Source: Neophaeotheca triangularis | Lineage: Eukaryota | Assembly (NCBI GenBank): GCA_054600435.1 | Contig: BAAIJX010000002.1 | Location: 310,001-374,000, forward strand | Direction: 5' to 3' | DNA: 64,000 nt | Part shown: positions 60,127 to 64,000 of the stretch, piece after piece | Layout: each line of letters begins with the position of its first letter | How positions within the stretch are numbered: position 1 is the first letter of the stretch | Position numbers and translations under genes: made by a program | The notes under the pieces: model-generated | What the model was told of the DNA's origin: nothing | The model's input: the letters and a program-made list of their open reading frames with translations, nothing else | Databases searched by the model: none

Positions 60127-63100
60127 TCACAGGCCGAAGCCACTCTCCATCCCCCCCATCACCACATCCTCATCATCCCCCGCCTCCTCCTGCGAGGCCC
60201 TCATGACCCGCTGGCAGGCCTCGATCTCCTGGACCTCCTCCTCGAAGGCCCGCTTCAAGCCCCACATGACTTGATTCCGGTTCCACTCCCCACGACCGGC
60301 CCACAGCGCGCTCATCAGGCTCGCGTTGACCTGTTCCAACTGCTCCACCGATAAACCGGAGGAGCGGAGCGTGAGCTCGTCATGGAACAGGTTGAGGCTG
60401 TTCTGGTCGAGGATGTAGCGGGATGGTGGTGGCATGGCGGAGTTGGCCGCGGTGGTGGTGCCGTTGGCGGTCTCGGCCGGTTCGTTAAGCAGCGCGGAAA
60501 TTGACGATGCGCGGTGCTGCGAGCTGGGCTGCGAGCTTCCTCCGTACTGCGCGGGGTCCTGCGTGTCCGGCAGCTGGCTTCCGCCGCTAGCGGAAGGGAT
60601 GCCCGTGAAGTCGGGCCCGTGGTAGCCGCCGATGCCGTTGGAGTACTGGGTGAACGGCCCGCTAGACCGATCACTCGTCTTCTGGCCCGAGGTCGTCGTC
60701 GAGGCGCTGTTGTGGTAGTCCCCAAGCTGGGAACCTGGCTGCAGCTGCGTGTGCGCCGAGTGTTGAGATCGCTGGCCCTGAGTGCTCTCCTGCTGGAGGC
60801 GGGCGGCGTGGGCCTGGCTGTGGGCAGTGGAGAAGGGATCTTGCTGCGAGTCCATCATCTCCGTATTCTCGCCTTGTGCTCTGGATGGCACTGTAGAGCC
60901 GTTAGTCCCGTGGCTGGCGTCGGTGCCTGCGCCAGTGTTGTTGCTCGTTGAGTTGCTGTGCCCAGAGCGATTTGGCGTGGTAGGAGCCAAGCGAGGCAAT
61001 GCCTCGGGGAACTGCTGTCCCAAAACGATCGGCCCGGAAGACTCTGCTGTCGTTGCGCTGGTACCTGGTGGCGGGACGTTCGAGACGATCTTTGGCGCGC
61101 GTTCGCCAGCAGGCTTCGCTGCGTTGGCTCTGGCAAATTGGTCCCTCTCTCGCTGCAGCTCACGCTCATAGAGCGCTTCGCACTCCTCGAGAAGGGCGGG
61201 GCTCTGTTGCTCGAGAGTCATCATGTCGACTTCGACGTTCGTCTGTAGCTCTGCGGCTTTCAACTCTCTATCGTCGTCGGCCTCCAAGTTCTTTGCATCC
61301 TTGGCAAGACGCTTGATGTCCGCTAAGAAATCCTTAGGGCGCTTGTAGTAACCGTTGCTTAGCCGTTTCTCAATGGTGATGATCTCAAGATTGTAGAAGA
61401 AGCGGCCGCTGAGCACATGCCGCAAGCCAGGCACACCCTTCTCGTCGGTGTCGCGCTCAAACGGTCTGGTCTCCGGATCGCGCTGTCGCAGATCCGTGGT
61501 AAGAACCTCGGGATCATCGTCATCGAACAGGTAGGAGATTGATGCTTCGGGGATCGCGGGCGAGCGGAACTTCCTGTATTTGAGCTTGATCTGGTCCATG
61601 ATGGGCTGCAACGAGATCTTCAACTGGTTGAGCGTGTAATGGTCCGCCTTTCTCTGAGCTTTCTGCTCTTCTTTGCTAGGAGGGATAACCGGCGCCGGCG
61701 GGGGTGGTGGTGCAACAGGCAGCTCTTCCAGCTTACGCTTCTTGCGGTTTTCAGGTGCAGGGAACTCGGAGGGAGCTTTGCGAATATAGTCGACGATGGG
61801 GGTGAAGAAGTCCCTACGAGCGGGCTCCTTGGGTCGTGCAAGTAGGTATTGGCTCTTCCTCGAGTAGCCAAAGAGGTCGCGCAGCATAGCTGGGTCCGGC
61901 TTCTCCAGGTAGTCAAGCTCCAGAACTCCAAGCACGAGGACCGGGTCTGTTGGCGGCAGACTGTTGAGAAGACCGGTAAAGAGCCTAATGGCTGGTTCCG
62001 GCATCGTCCTGTACCAAGCGTTGACGTTCGGGAGGTAGATCACTGAGGGCTTGTTCCTCTGGATCTCCTCAAACTTCTGGACAATCACTGCCTCTGCCGT
62101 TGAGCCTGGCTCGTTGAGGACCGTCGCCAGTTCGAAGCTTTGCACGTGAACACCCTCGAGCTTGCTCAACACTGCCGCTCCGAGGTATTGCTGTCCCATT
62201 CCACGGTGTCCCTTGATGAGCAGTCGCGGCCTGAACATGCGAGACCGCTCAAAGTGACGGAGCATGGTTTCCTTGTCGAAACCATCGTTGTCCGTTGCGT
62301 CTTCGTACATTGCCTCTTCTAGCGCAGTTGCTTTGCGCTTCCTCGGCATGACGTTGTCGACGTGGTCAACCACCTGCTTGAGGGGCTCCCTGAGCAGAGG
62401 ATCCACATCCGTCTTGAGTGGCGCGGCACGAGAAGCTACAGAACGCTCAGCGGTCGGGACCATCTTATTTAGCGAAATTGTGAAGTCCTTTGCCGAAACT
62501 TGGATCTTCTTGCTGTCAATAAGCAGCTTCTGGTTGCTCTTGTAGATCTGCGGGTATGTTCGCTTGACAGCGTTGAGAGCCGCTTCGGTGCAAAGAGCGC
62601 GCAAGTCAGCGCCAGAGTAGCCGCGAGTAAGGTCGGCAAGCTGGTCCTTGAACTCTGGCTGGATCGGTGGCTGCCAGGACTTGGTGTTTATCTCGATGAT
62701 CTCGCGCCTTGCTGGAACATCGGGGAGGGGAAAGTAGAACTCTCTGTCGAACCTTCCCGGACGGCGCAAGGCAGGGTCGACCGAGTCAGGACGGTTGGTA
62801 GCGCCAATGACGATGACTTGGCCTCGACCGTCCATGCCGTCCATAAGGGCGAGTAATGTTGCGACGATGGACGAGTGAATCTGTTCCTGCTTGCTTGAGC
62901 GAACAGGGGCAAGGCCGTCGATTTCGTCGAAGAAGATGATGCTTGGTTGGTTTCTGCGAGCCTCCTCGAACAGAGTCCGAAGTTGCTTCTCTGCCTCTCC
63001 AACCCACTTGCTCAGAGCGTCCGCACCCTTGCGCATGTAGAAAGTGACCTTCTTGCCCTCGGAAGAAACACTGTTGGATAGCGCCCGTGCAAGATGCGTC

Positions 63101-63999
63101 TTACCAGTTCCAGGAGGGCCGTGGAAGAGCACGCCCCTCGGAGGGGTGATGCCTCTCTCGGCAAAGATCTCTGGGTACAGCAATGGCATCATGGCCATTT
63201 CCTTCAGGCTGTCCACGTGACTCTCCAGGCCTCCAACACCAGCGAAACTAACGTTGGCGTCGACACCCAGGGGATCCGCATCGGCCAAGGCCTTCTTGTC
63301 CTTGATTCTACCAAGGGCAGGTGGGCCACCGCCGGCGCCAGTCAGGGGGTTGTTGCCACGGTGGGGCTTTGGAATGCCGCTAGCCGGCGTCATACCAGCA
63401 GAACCTCCCGCGTTCTGCATGCCTCCGCCCTCTTCATCGCTGCTGTCGGAGTCGTCGCCCCCGACAGGTTGAGCGCGGTCTTCCATGCCTCCAAATGGTC
63501 CTGCCGTCGAGAAGAGCGTGCGGCCTTTGGTGCTTCCACGAGTGGGTTGAGAGGCTGTGGGCGCAGCTTGCTCGTCTTCACCTTCAGCATCGGGAACCAG
63601 TCTTATCTGGTAGTTCCGAGCCGGCAGGTTACGGCGACCGCGCTTGGACGCGTAATCAATCTGCTGAGAGTCTTCCATCTCCTCGGCCTTTCTCTTGCCA
63701 CCGCGAGTCGAACGCTGGTTACGGCCAGCGTCCGCGGCCAGCTCGGCGGCCTCGTCGGCAACCTCATCCCGGTCTACTTCGTCGTCATCGGCCTCGTCTT
63801 CCGCTTGCTGGCTTTGGCCGCGCTGCGAGCTTTTCGCGCTCCTTTTCTTCCCGCTGGCAGAGCTGAGCTCGCCGCTGCTCTTCCGTGTGCGTGTTGCGGG
63901 CTTGCCATCTTCGGAATCGTCAGACAGGTCACCCTCACCTGCCTCTGCCGCGTCCTCCCCAGGGTTGTAGTCGGAGCTTTGGTCGACCTCCTTGCGAGC
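60127..63999 (-). CDS. YTA7: Yta7/Abo1/ATAD2-like AAA+ ATPase with bromodomain-like region; 5' end lies outside the window
   Basis: GVLFHGPPGTGKT, FYMRKGADALSKWVGEAEKQL, IIFFDEIDG, LRRPGRFDREFYF, degenerate second AAA domain RPRLLI.G..GMGQQY, IEKRLSNGYY. Frame is open to the window edge. Confidence 0.94.
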   Translation of the reverse strand, partial: ARKEVDQSSDYNPGEDAAEAGEGDLSDDSEDGKPATRTRKSSGELSSASGKKRSAKSSQRGQSQQAEDEADDDEVDRDEVADEAAELAADAGRNQRSTRGGKRKAEEMEDSQQIDYASKRGRRNLPARNYQIRLVPDAEGEDEQAAPTASQPTRGSTKGRTLFSTAGPFGGMEDRAQPVGGDDSDSSDEEGGGMQNAGGSAGMTPASGIPKPHRGNNPLTGAGGGPPALGRIKDKKALADADPLGVDANVSFAGVGGLESHVDSLKEMAMMPLLYPEIFAERGITPPRGVLFHGPPGTGKTHLARALSNSVSSEGKKVTFYMRKGADALSKWVGEAEKQLRTLFEEARRNQPSIIFFDEIDGLAPVRSSKQEQIHSSIVATLLALMDGMDGRGQVIVIGATNRPDSVDPALRRPGRFDREFYFPLPDVPARREIIEINTKSWQPPIQPEFKDQLADLTRGYSGADLRALCTEAALNAVKRTYPQIYKSNQKLLIDSKKIQVSAKDFTISLNKMVPTAERSVASRAAPLKTDVDPLLREPLKQVVDHVDNVMPRKRKATALEEAMYEDATDNDGFDKETMLRHFERSRMFRPRLLIKGHRGMGQQYLGAAVLSKLEGVHVQSFELATVLNEPGSTAEAVIVQKFEEIQRNKPSVIYLPNVNAWYRTMPEPAIRLFTGLLNSLPPTDPVLVLGVLELDYLEKPDPAMLRDLFGYSRKSQYLLARPKEPARRDFFTPIVDYIRKAPSEFPAPENRKKRKLEELPVAPPPPPAPVIPPSKEEQKAQRKADHYTLNQLKISLQPIMDQIKLKYRKFRSPAIPEASISYLFDDDDPEVLTTDLRQRDPETRPFERDTDEKGVPGLRHVLSGRFFYNLEIITIEKRLSNGYYKRPKDFLADIKRLAKDAKNLEADDDRELKAAELQTNVEVDMMTLEQQSPALLEECEALYERELQRERDQFARANAAKPAGERAPKIVSNVPPPGTSATTAESSGPIVLGQQFPEALPRLAPTTPNRSGHSNSTSNNTGAGTDASHGTNGSTVPSRAQGENTEMMDSQQDPFSTAHSQAHAARLQQESTQGQRSQHSAHTQLQPGSQLGDYHNSASTTTSGQKTSDRSSGPFTQYSNGIGGYHGPDFTGIPSASGGSQLPDTQDPAQYGGSSQPSSQHRASSISALLNEPAETANGTTTAANSAMPPPSRYILDQNSLNLFHDELTLRSSGLSVEQLEQVNASLMSALWAGRGEWNRNQVMWGLKRAFEEEVQEIEACQRVMRASQEEAGDDEDVVMGGMESGFGL

Positions 64000-64000
64000 T

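Noticed and set aside
59327..60354. Plus-strand ORFs between PDX1 and YTA7
   Set aside because: Low complexity, overlapping the YTA7 3' region in antisense, with no domain signal.

Overview
Fungal genomic DNA from a filamentous ascomycete (probably a Dothideomycete; inferred from gene style). Two GC-rich, gene-dense host flanks surround a ~36 kb AT-rich block (~12,640-48,680) heavily mutated by repeat-induced point mutation (RIP). Left flank: separase (5'-truncated), a SIRT4-like sirtuin, a Cys-rich hypothetical gene and an EF-hand gene. Right flank: Afi1/MesA, xylulokinase, a mitochondrial membrane protein, pyruvate dehydrogenase protein X and a Yta7/ATAD2-like ATPase (5'-truncated). The ORF track is almost empty across the block. 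Manual translation through RIP-derived TAA/TAG stops shows about 11 long, collinear relict genes. These include a Plavaka-family DDE transposase, a Ulp1-type protease fused to a C2H2 zinc-finger array (with a possible resolvase-like domain between), a SNF2 ATPase, a Upf1/Nam7-like SF1 helicase and several unknown genes. A 12-bp repeat motif recurs throughout and short hairpin-forming inverted motifs mark both ends. The best reading is one giant cargo-carrying Plavaka DNA transposon (~29 kb, no Starship-type captain recognised) inserted between two divergent host genes. A complete 7.1 kb Ty3/Gypsy chromovirus (418-bp LTRs, GGAGG target duplication) later inserted into it. Pseudogene boundaries are approximate and domain calls come from motif recognition by eye, not database searches.
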